Shown here: positions 1 through 10,600 of the stretch, piece by piece
How positions within the stretch are numbered: position 1 is the stretch's first letter
Layout: every line of letters begins with the position of its first letter
NCBI GenBank assembly: GCA_964474825.1
Contig: CAYYWQ010000001.1
Location: 229,609-293,608, forward strand
Direction: 5' to 3'
Source: an uncultured Candidatus Saccharibacteria bacterium
GTDB taxonomy: Bacteria > Patescibacteriota > Doudnabacteria > UBA920
Length of the DNA: 64,000 bases
Program-made: the position numbers and the translations under genes
The notes under the pieces: generated by a model
Seen by the model: only the letters and a program-made list of their open reading frames with translations
What the model was told of the DNA's origin: nothing
The model's database searches: none

Positions 1-795
1 GTTATTAACGAGCCGCCGCGAGGGATTGGGGACAAGTCTTACATGATTATCCGCGATTTTATTTTAGACAGGCGCATGGAAAAGCCTGACAAGGACGAAA
101 GCGTGGAAGTTCGCCTTGCGGATTTCCGTAAAGATTTAGCTGAAATCAAGCTCTCTCCTAAGCAATGGAAAAGCGCGCAGGATTTTTTTGCCTTGCTTGA
201 TTCACTGGGTACCACGCCGGAAAATACCGCCCTGCCCCAATTAATAAAGAAAATTACCAAAAATGCCGGTTACGAAACTTTTTTACGCGACGGCACGGAG
301 CTTGGGGAGACCCGCTGGGAAAACGTGGAGGAATTAATGACAGTGGCCGCCAAGTTCAGCCACTTGCCCTGGCGGGAAGCTGCAACCTCGCTTTTGGAGG
401 AAGTAGCCCTGCTTTCGGAAATTGATCAGAAGGACGAAACCCGGGATAGCGTAACTTTAATGACCCTTCATAGCGCCAAAGGCCTTGAGTTCGACAATGT
501 TTTTTTTGTGGGTTTGGAAGAGGGGATTTTGCCACACTCCCGTTCGCTTTTAGACCCTTCCGAGATGGCCGAAGAAATCCGGCTGGCTTATGTTGGCTTA
601 ACTCGCGCCCGCAAAAGGCTGTTTTTGGTTTATGCCGCGTCCCGTCGTCTTTATGGCGACTTCCGCGTTAGTCAGCCTTCGCGTATTTTAAAAGTTTTAC
701 CAAAAGCGGCCGTGCATGCCATTAATGTATCTAAGAGTTTTTTAGCTGAAGATCAAGTCGCAGGAGAACTAGTGGTAGAGGAACTGGATTTTTGA
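1..795 (+). CDS. pcrA: ATP-dependent DNA helicase PcrA/UvrD, C-terminal part (5' truncated by window edge)
   Basis: Frame is open from base 1 (VINEPPRGIGDKS). UvrD motifs VTLMTLHSAKGLEF, GLEEGILPH and EEIRLAYVGLTRA. Confidence 0.93.
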   Translation, partial: VINEPPRGIGDKSYMIIRDFILDRRMEKPDKDESVEVRLADFRKDLAEIKLSPKQWKSAQDFFALLDSLGTTPENTALPQLIKKITKNAGYETFLRDGTELGETRWENVEELMTVAAKFSHLPWREAATSLLEEVALLSEIDQKDETRDSVTLMTLHSAKGLEFDNVFFVGLEEGILPHSRSLLDPSEMAEEIRLAYVGLTRARKRLFLVYAASRRLYGDFRVSQPSRILKVLPKAAVHAINVSKSFLAEDQVAGELVVEELDF

Positions 796-865
796 TGTAT
801 TATGTATAATGTATTTTGTATATGGTATGGGGGGCAAAATACAAAATATTATATACTAAATACAA
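796..865. repeat. Inverted heptamer tandem array
   Basis: tgtatta-tgtataa-tgtattt-tgtatat-ggtatgg, short spacer, then aatacaa-aatatta-tatacta-aatacaa (reverse-complement-like units). Confidence 0.8.
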
Positions 866-877
866 AGTGGAATAATT

Positions 878-1711
878 ATGAATACTGAACAACTTAAAAA
901 TTTACTCCGCAGTAACGGCCTTAAGCCTAATTTTACTTATGGGCAGAATTTTTTAGTGGACGATATTGCTTTGGAAGACATCGTGGACGCGGCCGATGTT
1001 AGCGCTGACGATTACGTTATGGAAATAGGTCCCGGTATAGGCAATCTGACACAGAGGTTAATAGAGCGGGCAAAATTTGTTTTAAGCATAGAAAAGGACC
1101 CAAAGTTCCAGCAGCTGCTCCATGGCCTTAAAAAAGACAATCGTGACAGGTTTCGTTTTGAAATCGCGGACGCTTTGGAATACGATTTTCAAAAGTTTTT
1201 TAAAGAGCAAGGCGCGCAAAGTTACAAAGTAGTTGCCAACATCCCGTATTTTATAACGGGCAAAATTTTGCAAATGTTTATGACCGCGGAATTTAAACCG
1301 ACGTCAATTGTAATACTGACCCAAAAAGAAGTGGCACAGAACGTTACAGCTAAAGTAGGGGACTTGAGCATCCTTGCAATTTCAGTTCAGCTTTATGGCG
1401 AGCCGGAATTAGTCCGGATTGTTCCAAGGGAAAGTTTTCATCCTGCCCCAAAAGTTAACAGCGCGGTTTTAAAAATAAAGTTATACGACAAACCTAAGTA
1501 TGACATTGGCGACGAAAAAAAGTTTTTTAAAATTGTTAAAGCCTGTTTTGCCGGGAAAAGAAAACAGCTTCACAATACACTTGTTAACAATTTAGGTTTG
1601 GAAAAAAACAGGGTAACGGAAATATTAAACGAACTAAAAATAAATCCCACGGTCAGGCCGCAGGAGTTGTCTATTGAACAGTGGGTGGAGTTGTCAAAAC
1701 TTATAGCATAG
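878..1711 (+). CDS. rsmA: 16S rRNA m6,2A1518/1519 dimethyltransferase RsmA/KsgA
   Basis: GQNFL, EIGPGIG, VVANIPY, FHPAPKVNSAV, RKQLHN. Confidence 0.96.
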   Translation: MNTEQLKNLLRSNGLKPNFTYGQNFLVDDIALEDIVDAADVSADDYVMEIGPGIGNLTQRLIERAKFVLSIEKDPKFQQLLHGLKKDNRDRFRFEIADALEYDFQKFFKEQGAQSYKVVANIPYFITGKILQMFMTAEFKPTSIVILTQKEVAQNVTAKVGDLSILAISVQLYGEPELVRIVPRESFHPAPKVNSAVLKIKLYDKPKYDIGDEKKFFKIVKACFAGKRKQLHNTLVNNLGLEKNRVTEILNELKINPTVRPQELSIEQWVELSKLIA

Positions 1712-1753
1712 AACAAGTAACAGGTAATGGTTAACAAGTATCGGTTACTTGTT
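1712..1753. repeat. Short heptamer tandem array with one inverted unit
   Basis: aacaagt-aacaggt-aatggtt-aacaagt ... acttgtt between convergent genes. Confidence 0.65.
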
Positions 1754-1761
1754 ATAAATTA

Positions 1762-2256
1762 TTAATTACCTGTTTTTAAAATTACTTCGTCGCCAATGCG
1801 CACGGAGTTTTTTTCTGCCCAGCCGGCATTAACTTCCAAGACCTGGGCAACAGGTTGAGGTGGGTAGTAAAGAGGCAGTTTTTCTCCTGAAAATTTTGGA
1901 GCCGGGACTTTAGGGGTTATGGCAATAATTTTTTGGTCCGCTATCCAAATAAAATCCAAGTCAAACAGCATGTCCTTCATCCAAAATCCGGGCTTAATAT
2001 TTTTTACAAAATCAAAAAGCATTCCCTCATTGTCTTTTAGTGGTTCTCTGTTTGAAAGTCCCTGAGCCATGTCCGCTGTGGTTGTTGCAATTTGAACATC
2101 TAATTTTTTATTCCCGACCAGGAGGGTGGTATTGTAAGGTGATGTTGTCTTGGTAGTCGTTACCTTGGCCGCAGAAGGGGATTTGTAATTGCACCCCAAT
2201 GATAAAAGCATTGCGGCGGCCAAAACAAAATAAATTTTTGAATTTTTGTAAGGCAT
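1762..2256 (-). CDS. DUF192 family lipoprotein
   Basis: AQGLSNR, GMLF, FWMKDM.F.LD.IWI, VLEVNAG; lipobox-like LSLGC. Confidence 0.88.
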   Translation of the reverse strand: MPYKNSKIYFVLAAAMLLSLGCNYKSPSAAKVTTTKTTSPYNTTLLVGNKKLDVQIATTTADMAQGLSNREPLKDNEGMLFDFVKNIKPGFWMKDMLFDLDFIWIADQKIIAITPKVPAPKFSGEKLPLYYPPQPVAQVLEVNAGWAEKNSVRIGDEVILKTGN

Positions 2257-2431
2257 AATCTAAATACATAATACAACAGTCTTCTTCTATTGCAAAATTT
2301 TTCCAGATGTGCTATAATATAAGTACAAGTTAAGAAAAAAGCAGCAAGAAACCAAAACAAAATTTAATTGCAGAAAATTCATTTGAAATTGTCTGTTTCA
2401 CAACAGGCTAATTTAGTTATTTTAAAGTAAA

Positions 2432-3436
2432 ATGCCTTTAAAAATAAGAATAATTGGGCTTCATGGTTTAATAGCAATAACTGCTCTGTTTTTTGTTTTC
2501 GGGCTCACTGAAATCTTTCATGCTGCTGTTGCGGCGCAGGATTTTGGATACCAAGCGGTCAAGACAGCGGGGGATTCCACAGTTTATTTACTGTCGCCTT
2601 CGCTTTATAAAATGCCTGTGCCATCAATGTTAGCTTTAAAATCTTATGGCGTCACGGCTGACAAAATTCAGGTTGTGCCCCAAAATTTTTTAGATCTTTA
2701 TAGCAGTCCCCGCTACATGGCGCAGGTGGGAAGCGCAAATATTTATTTATTTGAAAACGGCCAGCGCCGTTATTTGAATGAGGGATTTAAAAAAGTAATA
2801 GGACCAAAAGGAATATTTTTAGTCAGCGCGGTACATTTAAAATCTGTTAGTTTGGGTAAGCCGGTTAATTTAGCGGAAGCCCAAATTTTAGCCAGGGAGC
2901 AAGTTGCCGCAGCGGTTAGTGATCCTTCAACTGTTCCGCAGTGCAATCCTGACCCCAGTGTTGGGGGAGAAGACGGCTGTATTATTTATGAGGCAATTAG
3001 AAATAAAAACCCTCAGGAATGTTACGCGGTAAAAGATCCAAAATGGCAGTTAACATGCTGGCTGTCATTTGAAGCCCCTCAGAACGATCCGCTTTTGTAC
3101 TGCAGAAATGTCCCGTCAAATTTTTTGGACAACTGTATTTCCAACGTCGCGGTTAAAATAAAAAATAATTCTTTGTGTAATCAAATTACAGCATCAATTT
3201 TAAAAACAGAATGTCAGGCTAATGTGGGAGTTGTAAACGGCGATCTTGCGGGTTGTAATAAATTACCGGCCTATAGCAGCAACCAAACTGTTGAAAGTAA
3301 AGACGCTTGCTTGTATGCCTATGCTTTGCTAAAAGGTAAGCCTGAAGCCTGCGCGCAAATTGACCAAAAATCACCTTATTATAATTCTTGCGGGGAACTT
3401 GCGGAGCAGTTAAATAAAATTTGGGAGAATAATTAA
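2432..3436 (+). CDS. Secreted protein with N-terminal CPR-type repeat and C-terminal Cys-rich repeats
   Basis: Hydrophobic N-terminus; VKTAGDSTVYLL / SANIYLFENGQRRY repeats; regularly spaced Cys in the C-terminal half. Confidence 0.7.
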   Translation: MPLKIRIIGLHGLIAITALFFVFGLTEIFHAAVAAQDFGYQAVKTAGDSTVYLLSPSLYKMPVPSMLALKSYGVTADKIQVVPQNFLDLYSSPRYMAQVGSANIYLFENGQRRYLNEGFKKVIGPKGIFLVSAVHLKSVSLGKPVNLAEAQILAREQVAAAVSDPSTVPQCNPDPSVGGEDGCIIYEAIRNKNPQECYAVKDPKWQLTCWLSFEAPQNDPLLYCRNVPSNFLDNCISNVAVKIKNNSLCNQITASILKTECQANVGVVNGDLAGCNKLPAYSSNQTVESKDACLYAYALLKGKPEACAQIDQKSPYYNSCGELAEQLNKIWENN

Positions 3437-3437
3437 T

Positions 3438-3812
3438 ATGCGGTCCATGCCGTTTGCCTTAAAATTATTATTTTTTGTTGGAGTCCTTGCCCAGATAATT
3501 GCCGGCTATTCTGTTTTTTCCAGCAAGCCGCAAATTGCGCGGGCCCAGTCAGGCATTCCCATTGGCGGATTTTTTGCACCTGGAGTTTTTGATATTTTTA
3601 ATGTTGTTCCTTTTTGCGGATTAACGGTTACTGTTGTTGGGCCCAATCCCGGAGTCTTTGTTTTTATGCCGGTCTTGGGAGTGTATAATTACTTTCCCGA
3701 AACATTTTCTCATGTTGCGGTAAATACAGTGGGTCTTGGAGAGCCGGCGTCCAGTTGCGGACTGCCAACAATGGTTATGCTTGGTTCCAGTTTACTTCCT
3801 GGCCCCCAATAA
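3438..3812 (+). CDS. Hypothetical secreted/membrane protein
   Basis: Starts 1 nt after the upstream stop; signal-like N-terminus; two Cys. Confidence 0.65.
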   Translation: MRSMPFALKLLFFVGVLAQIIAGYSVFSSKPQIARAQSGIPIGGFFAPGVFDIFNVVPFCGLTVTVVGPNPGVFVFMPVLGVYNYFPETFSHVAVNTVGLGEPASSCGLPTMVMLGSSLLPGPQ

Positions 3813-3833
3813 ACAAAAATTAAAATTGTATTT

Positions 3834-4673
3834 ATGGAAACACAAACAACAACACAAACTTCTGAGGGTCATTTACATTTTGGCCATTTTGGCTTAATTG
3901 CGCTTACGGCAATTTTTCTGGTTGGTGTTTCTTATATGAAAAACCCAGACATGTTTAATTTGCATCCGGCTAGTTTAGTAGTTGATCCTTCTTTAGTGCC
4001 TAGGTATTACGCTTACGTTACCCCTGAGGAATTCCAGCAGCCCTTAGTGGCCGGTGCAAGTACCGAGGGGCCCGGGGTAAGCATTATTAATGAAGACGGC
4101 AGCGTTACCCCGGTAGATACAGGCGAAGTTTTGGGCATGTCTACCCAGGACGTACAATTGTCCTTAGACCAAATTAGTGTAAATGAGATTTCTGACAGCG
4201 ATGCGGCAATAAAAGCCTATTTCGCTCAGGCCGAAACAGCAGAAAGTGGTTATATTAATAATGCCGATTTTCAAACAGCTTTAATTTCCGCCAACCAAAA
4301 TCAAATTAATAATCAGGCAGAAAAACTTGAGGCGATAATAACCAGCCTGCAAAAACTTTCAGTGCCCCAATCCTTGGTTCGCTTGCAAAAATTAAAGATT
4401 GCACAATACCAAGCGGGTATTGGGTTGCTGCATAATTTTACCCAGGCAGACAGCAACCCGCTTTTAGTGGGGCAGTACCTAGACCAGTTTTTAAAATCCC
4501 AACAGGATATGGACAACGAAATGTTGGCCGCTCAGCAAAAATATGGAATAGATTTAGGAATTAGCTTAGCGGGATCTAGCTTGAATACTTTGCCCCAAGA
4601 AGGCAATCAAACCGGAGCCGACGAAACTTATATGTTTGACCAAACTTTAACTGACTTAAATGCACAGCAATAA
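3834..4673 (+). CDS. Hypothetical membrane-anchored helical protein
   Basis: N-terminal TM segment; Gln-rich helical C-terminus; overlaps the next ORF. Confidence 0.7.
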   Translation: METQTTTQTSEGHLHFGHFGLIALTAIFLVGVSYMKNPDMFNLHPASLVVDPSLVPRYYAYVTPEEFQQPLVAGASTEGPGVSIINEDGSVTPVDTGEVLGMSTQDVQLSLDQISVNEISDSDAAIKAYFAQAETAESGYINNADFQTALISANQNQINNQAEKLEAIITSLQKLSVPQSLVRLQKLKIAQYQAGIGLLHNFTQADSNPLLVGQYLDQFLKSQQDMDNEMLAAQQKYGIDLGISLAGSSLNTLPQEGNQTGADETYMFDQTLTDLNAQQ

Positions 4674-6630
4674 ACTTCAAAAATTAGTCGCTTGTTCTTT
4701 ACTCGCCATACAACTTTTAATGTTGCCTGGTTTGGCTTTGGCCCAAATAGGGGACGTGCCTACGAGCAACAGCGCTTTGGGTCTTGGGGGTATTGGGGGT
4801 TACACCGCAAATAGCTTAGCGACAGGCATCCTGGAAGGCGCTAATAAATCCAACTCTGCTTGCCTGGTGCCGGAGAAAGCTTTTTTTGCCGGAGATAAAG
4901 GGGTTTCAATAGGCATGGGAGGACTGGCCCTTATTAGCGGAGGCGCGAGCGTTCAAGAACAGTTAATTGCAAAAATTACCAAAATAGAAGGGTTTAAAGG
5001 TTGCCATGGAGCGCAATTGGAAATAGTTAAAGCTGTTCTTGCGCCTAATACTTTTATTTCCAACAGGAAGCAATTGTTAATTGACGAAATTACCAAGCAA
5101 ATTATGAGCCTGGAGGCCCGGGAAGAACCGCTTCTAAATCAGCTTAAGGTTGCGCAGCAGGGTTTTTGGAAAACTTTGGTTTGGAATGTTTTAATAAAAA
5201 CCACCAAAACCATTTCCATTAACATGGTTAATAAAATGGTAAAAAATTATAAAATAAATAATTTTTCCAAATATGCGGACGCAGTTGCCACCCAGGTTTA
5301 TGACAGCGAATTTATTTTAGACAACTTTAGCGGCGCTAAAGCCGACCAAATGCTTGTCAGATCATTTTTGGCAAACCCAGCCCTTCAGGGACAAATGTCA
5401 CCCTCGGTACTTCGCTATACCAACAACGCTTTGGGTTTTGACCCTAAACAGCTTAATACAAATGACCCGAATTTTTACCAGAAAATGTATTCAGCAGGCA
5501 CCGGCGGAAGTAATCCTTTTGTCCAGCAAATTGCTTTTGCCAATTCCGCTCAAATGATCCATTCCAAGTCTTTAGTCACTGCCCAGGCGGAAATTGCCCA
5601 AAGCAGCGGTCTTAAGACTCCTCGCAACTGCCAAGGGGTAATGTCCCAACAAAAATCTTTGGACCAGTCATATAAATTGGTAGACAACCAATTGGCCAAC
5701 CGCCAGGCTTTGTTTGATGATTTAGTTAACGCTAAAAAAATGGGTTATCCGGTAACCGACAGCGACCTGTCCAAAGCGCAAACTGATTTGGCTAAAGCCC
5801 AGAACCAATGGGACGCTTTGCCTAATTCCGTGGAAAGCCCTATTGTAAAAATTTGTGAAGGCATTGTTTCTCCTCCAAGTTTAATTAACAAAGGCATTGA
5901 CCAGGCCTTTAACGCCCTTGGACAGAATGTAGGCACTTACAATAATAATAACTTACCATTCTTTATAACCTTTATTACTGACGTAGCCAATAAAATTACC
6001 AATGACATGATTTTTGGCGGCGGCGTTAGCGGTTCCAGTATTTTGCAGGAAAACATTGGCAACCTTTCCCGGGCAACCAGCTTGGTAACCAGTGGGGTTC
6101 AGGCCAATTTGGAAGTTACTCAAGGTAAAAATATTACAATAACATCAAGTTTGGACGATGTAAGCAGCGACGGCAAGTCCGCTACCTTTAGCCTGCAGTG
6201 GGATGCCAGCGGCGTTGGAAACGCTACAGCCATTTCTATTAGCGGACCCGGTGTCCCGGCAAATATCAACGGAGCCATGCAGCCAAAGTTAAGTGGGGCT
6301 GTGGCAATAACTGTCGCGGTGGGAGCACAGTATACTTATACTGTGACTGCCTACGGCAAAAGTAAAGCCGATGTTTTGGCAACTTTAACCAAGAAAGTGG
6401 ACGCTACCCGCACTGCCGTAACACCTCCACCTCCGGTGACAACTCCTCCTGCCGCCGCAACGGTTCAGTGTGAGGAAGAGTACGGCAGTCTAGATGCTTG
6501 CATAGAGCATCCCGGTAACGACCCAGCTTGGTGTGCTTCTATTTGCGGCAGCGTTAACGGCGCATTCATTTCCAAAGCGCCGTTAAGCACCCGAGGTCCT
6601 ATGTCAGAGCTCCATCCAAGAGGGGAGTAA
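4660..6630 (+). CDS. Large secreted protein (helical core, Ig/FN3-like C-terminal region, Pro/Thr linker, Cys tail)
   Basis: Signal peptide ending ALA-Q; ATFSLQW...YTYTVTAY beta pattern; TPPPPVTTPP linker. Confidence 0.7.
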   Translation: MHSNKLQKLVACSLLAIQLLMLPGLALAQIGDVPTSNSALGLGGIGGYTANSLATGILEGANKSNSACLVPEKAFFAGDKGVSIGMGGLALISGGASVQEQLIAKITKIEGFKGCHGAQLEIVKAVLAPNTFISNRKQLLIDEITKQIMSLEAREEPLLNQLKVAQQGFWKTLVWNVLIKTTKTISINMVNKMVKNYKINNFSKYADAVATQVYDSEFILDNFSGAKADQMLVRSFLANPALQGQMSPSVLRYTNNALGFDPKQLNTNDPNFYQKMYSAGTGGSNPFVQQIAFANSAQMIHSKSLVTAQAEIAQSSGLKTPRNCQGVMSQQKSLDQSYKLVDNQLANRQALFDDLVNAKKMGYPVTDSDLSKAQTDLAKAQNQWDALPNSVESPIVKICEGIVSPPSLINKGIDQAFNALGQNVGTYNNNNLPFFITFITDVANKITNDMIFGGGVSGSSILQENIGNLSRATSLVTSGVQANLEVTQGKNITITSSLDDVSSDGKSATFSLQWDASGVGNATAISISGPGVPANINGAMQPKLSGAVAITVAVGAQYTYTVTAYGKSKADVLATLTKKVDATRTAVTPPPPVTTPPAAATVQCEEEYGSLDACIEHPGNDPAWCASICGSVNGAFISKAPLSTRGPMSELHPRGE

Positions 6631-6652
6631 AAATAAATATAAGAATAGTTAA

Positions 6653-6683
6653 ACAAAAATCGGCGTTGTCGCCGATTTTTGTT
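6653..6683. terminator. Bidirectional intrinsic terminator
   Basis: acaaaaatcggcg-ttgt-cgccgatttttgt. Confidence 0.8.
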
Positions 6684-6767
6684 TTATGCAAATTTTCGTA
6701 TAAGAAAAGCTAGTTTAAAAAATTATAATAATTAGCAATGAACTTTAAAAATTTTTGTAACTATGCT

Positions 6768-6805
6768 ATCCTTACATAACTGACGGCCGTCAGTTATGTA
6801 AGGAT
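6768..6805. repeat. Perfect 38-bp palindrome upstream of the PaaX-like gene (candidate operator or cassette end)
   Basis: atccttacataactgacgg|ccgtcagttatgtaaggat; overlaps a putative extended -10 (TGcTATCCT, 6764-6772). Confidence 0.95.
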
Positions 6806-6825
6806 GTGAATTAACGTAAAAGTTT

Positions 6826-7350
6826 ATGTCAAAAAAATACGGAACCCTGTCGGGAGAATTTTTAAAAATTTTGGGTAAGGCGACCGGATTTTTTACCTGG
6901 CCCATTGAAGGGACTGAAGGTTGGCGCTACGAACAACTATATGGTTCCAGAAGGAATTTTTTGAACACAGTCTCGCATTTAAAAAAGCGAGGGATGGTTA
7001 AATCAGTCAGCCGTCAAGGTAAAAATTTTTTGGAATTAACTTCCAAAGGACAATTGGAACTTCTTTTGCAAAAAGCTGTTGTTAAAACAGTGGCTAAGTG
7101 GGACGGTAAATGGAGAATGGTTATTTTTGACATTCCCGAAGATGCCAGGGACAAAAGGGATACCTTAAGGAGACTTTTAAAAACCAATCAATTTGTAATG
7201 TTGCAGGCCAGCGTGTTTGTTAGTCCCTTTCCTCTTAACAGGGAAGCCGTGGATTATTTAAAGCAAACAGGGCTAATTGCTTTTATAAGATTTGGAAAAA
7301 TTGAAGAACTTGATGATGATCGTGATTTAAGGAAAAAATTCAAGTTGTAA
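6826..7350 (+). CDS. PaaX-like regulator (winged helix plus Cas2-like central domain)
   Basis: wHTH wing LELTSKG; WDGKWRMVIFDIPE..R..RD.LR..L....F..LQASVFV motif of PaaX/Cas2-fold proteins. Confidence 0.85.
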   Translation: MSKKYGTLSGEFLKILGKATGFFTWPIEGTEGWRYEQLYGSRRNFLNTVSHLKKRGMVKSVSRQGKNFLELTSKGQLELLLQKAVVKTVAKWDGKWRMVIFDIPEDARDKRDTLRRLLKTNQFVMLQASVFVSPFPLNREAVDYLKQTGLIAFIRFGKIEELDDDRDLRKKFKL

Positions 7351-7364
7351 ATATTAAGTCATAG

Positions 7365-7388
7365 CCAAACTGACGGCCGTCAGTTTGG
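7365..7388. repeat. Perfect 24-bp palindrome downstream of the PaaX-like gene, sharing an 18-bp core with the upstream copy
   Basis: ccaaactgacgg|ccgtcagtttgg; core aactgacggccgtcagtt is identical to 6778-6795. Confidence 0.95.
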
Positions 7389-7500
7389 TGAGGATGATTG
7401 CGGATTTTAGAATTGTTGGCACTTGGGGAAAAGTGGTAAAATTGACTTTAATCAAAATAAAGCCTGTCAATCACAGGATTTTGTGTTTTATAAATATTTG

Positions 7501-7509
7501 TGGTATAAT
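7501..7509 (+). promoter_or_regulatory. Extended -10 promoter for the VirB6-like operon
   Basis: TGgTATAAT in AT-rich intergenic DNA about 120 nt before the TTG start. Confidence 0.55.
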
Positions 7510-7630
7510 TTTAACATTAGTTGAGGGTAAAAGTACTGTATTTGCTGAAGTTTTAAAACAAGGATTAAGCACTGCAAATACCAAAGAAATTTGTAAAATA
7601 CCACTCTTTTCTTAAACAAATTCCACATTC

Positions 7631-10600
7631 TTGCGGAAATTAAAACAAAAATTTAAAACTTCTGTTTTTAGCCTGGTTTTGATTATCATCCTGCTTTCCG
7701 GTCTTGGTGGTTTTTTTGTTTATCCCAAAACTGCAAAAGCCGCAGGGAATGTTTATAATTTCAGCGATATTGTGCTTACAGAAACTGTTGAGGTTTCCAA
7801 TAACCAAAACGGACCTTGGAATAACGTAAATTTTGTACGGGTAGGAAAAGACTCTAATTTTTACGTGAAAGTTACAATTCAGGTGGCTTCTTTGAAGAAT
7901 ACAAACAATCAGGTTGTAACCAGCTTTGATACAAAAAATGACTCGGTGTTTAATCCCGGTTGGTACAACACCAATTTTTCGATTAGTGGAGTAGGGTCAA
8001 GTTTTGTGGCTAAGGTTACCCAGGAACAAGCCGCGGCAATTAAGCAAAAAATAGAAGCAGGAGCTGATCCTAAAACCGTTGGGGGAATCCCTTGTTTTAA
8101 AGAAAGTATGACCAGCGGTGGAGGGGCGGCTTTAAACGGTGTGGTAATTGTAGGGGCGAGTGCGGCGGTGGCCTTGACTGGTGGGGCGGCTTTAAGCGCC
8201 GGAGCCCTGGCTGTTGGAGGTAGTGCTGTTGGTACTGCTGCAGGTGCTGCTGTGCAGAATGTGGCACTTTTTATAGCTATAAACGGCAGTACAGTTGCTG
8301 GCGGCAGTACAGCAGCAACGCTTGCTACTTTTAGGCCTGCTGCGGCATCCGATTATATAAAGTGCGACGGCCCAATTGGAGGCAGTAATCAACCCGGACC
8401 TCAAAGTCCGGGTGCTGTTCCGGTCGGTGGCACTTTATTTTCTAGCACTGTTACCGTTCCCGCGACTGCGTATGCGAATTTGGGACTTTCACAGCAGGCG
8501 GACGCAACAAAAGAATCCAGCACTCAGCCGGTGAATGAATTTTTTGTGGTACCGAACGTTTATTTTTCATCCTGGTTGGGGGTGAGGAATGACTTTATGT
8601 CAACCATTGGAGCAGGGAAGAGTATTTACGTCCAGCTTTATGATACTCAGGAGAATGCGAATAAACACGCAAGCGAAGCAGTGCCGTCTTCGGTTCCAAA
8701 TAACGGGAGCAACACCGGAAGCGGTACTAATCTTGGCGATGGAGGAAGCGGACTTCTTGGTTTGATTAACAAAATTATTGGAATTATTGTTGGTATTCTT
8801 TCTGAGCTGGCCTACTTAATATTTTACACACTGCTGGCGCCAATGATCCAGGCCATGCTTTCCATTCATACATACTCCGACACTTTTGTCGGGGTAATTT
8901 ATCCTGCCTGGATTGTAGTGCGCAATGTTTGCAATATTATTTTTATTGTCGCCATTATTGCCATAGCCATGGGTACGCTTTTCCGCGTGGAAAGTTACCA
9001 GTATAAGCACCTGTTAGTGCAGTTAATTATTGCCGCCCTGCTTGTGAATTTTAGTTTGGTTATTGGCCAGGCGATTTTAGGGATTGCGGACACCGCGCAG
9101 AACCAGTTTTTACCCAACAATGTGGAAGTTGTTCGCTCCCTTGGAAAGAATTTAATGGTGCAGTATCGCCCCGACGTCTGGAATATGGATTTCGCCGGGC
9201 ACGGTTATTTTAGCGACACTGTAAAGCAGTTGTTCTTTTTAGCTATGTCCTTGGGAAGCTTGGCGGTGTTTGCGGCCATAGCGGTATTTTTGGTTATTAG
9301 GATTGTGGCCTTGTGGATATTCCTTATGATTTCCCCCATAGCTTACGTGGCAGGAGTATTGCCCACTACCGCCAAATATAGGTCTGAATGGTGGAGTAAT
9401 TTTATTAAGTATGCTTTTTTTACGCCCATTATGGCGTTCATGCTTAACATTGCAGCTTACATTGCCAATATGCAGACCAACAATGGCGTGCTTAATTATC
9501 TTAAGGTGGACCCGAGTACTTTAGGCGGTAGTAATTTTGCCTCTTTTGTGGTACAAATTTCCAGTAATGTAATTTTATTGGTCTTCCTCTTTGCCGCCAC
9601 AATGGTAGCGGAAAAAATGGGCATCTACGGCGGCGACATAGTCTCTAAAGTTGGCAAACAAGGTTTGCTTGCGCCTTTTGCTGGCGCCAAGTTTTTGACT
9701 AAAGACGTTGCTGGGGGATGGGTAAAGAAGCATTACGATAAAAAGACTGAAGGTCTCGCAAGCGGGAAAATATTACCAGGACTTTTTGGAGACAAAGGAG
9801 GTCAGTGGCTTTCCCGACAGCTTTTTAAAGTTGCTCACCCTATTACCACTGTTGGAAAAATAAGGGAAGAAAGCAAGGAAGAGAGAGAGTTATATAAAGC
9901 ACGCGTGGAGGCAGCGGCAGTAAAAGTTGCCAGAAAACAGTTTGGTTGGAGAAGAATGACAGAAGACCCGATGTATCTTTTTGATGAACATAAAGGAAAG
10001 GAACTTTATGAAAAAGAAGAAGGTCAATGGTCGCCTAATGAACAAGTCAATGTGGGTAAAATAAATAGGCTGGCCGAAGAATCTAAAAAAGGGGACTTAC
10101 GTGCTCGTGTAAAGCTTAAATTTGCCTTGGCAGAAGCTTTTAGAAACAGGAACCTGAACGAAGTTATGGGAGGGGAGAATGGATTAGCTGCTAGGAATCC
10201 AGAATTATTTGGAGGCCCTCTTAATTATAATGCAGACAATATAAGGTTTTTTTTCCAGCAAATGACCGAAGGCGGTTATTTAGACGAAGATTTTACAAGG
10301 GAATTTTTAAAAGACATCGGTAGAGATGCATATGAGAAAGGTGACTTCAATGGAGCCGAGCTCGTTTACAGCGACCCAAAAACAGGCCATCCTCATATGA
10401 TTCACATGGCTCCGCGGGACGAGGAGGGAAATTCTTTACCTGTCGGCTGGAATGATTATGTACAAAAAAGAGAAGAATTTATTAGAGATGCTGATGCGAT
10501 CGGTAAACGAAATGCTGTTACCGTAGGTAAAGCAAAAGCTGTCACAAAAGCCACTAAAAATCTTGGTCCTGGGGCAACTCCAGCCCAAATTGCCGCAGAA

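Noticed and set aside
6826-7350. Cas2 / CRISPR-Cas locus
   Set aside because: Cas2-like motifs are present, but the protein has an N-terminal winged helix (PaaX-type), and I saw no cas1 or repeat-spacer array in the window.
7385-7615. 76-aa ORF
   Set aside because: Starts inside the palindrome and spans an AT-rich promoter region; no protein-like features.
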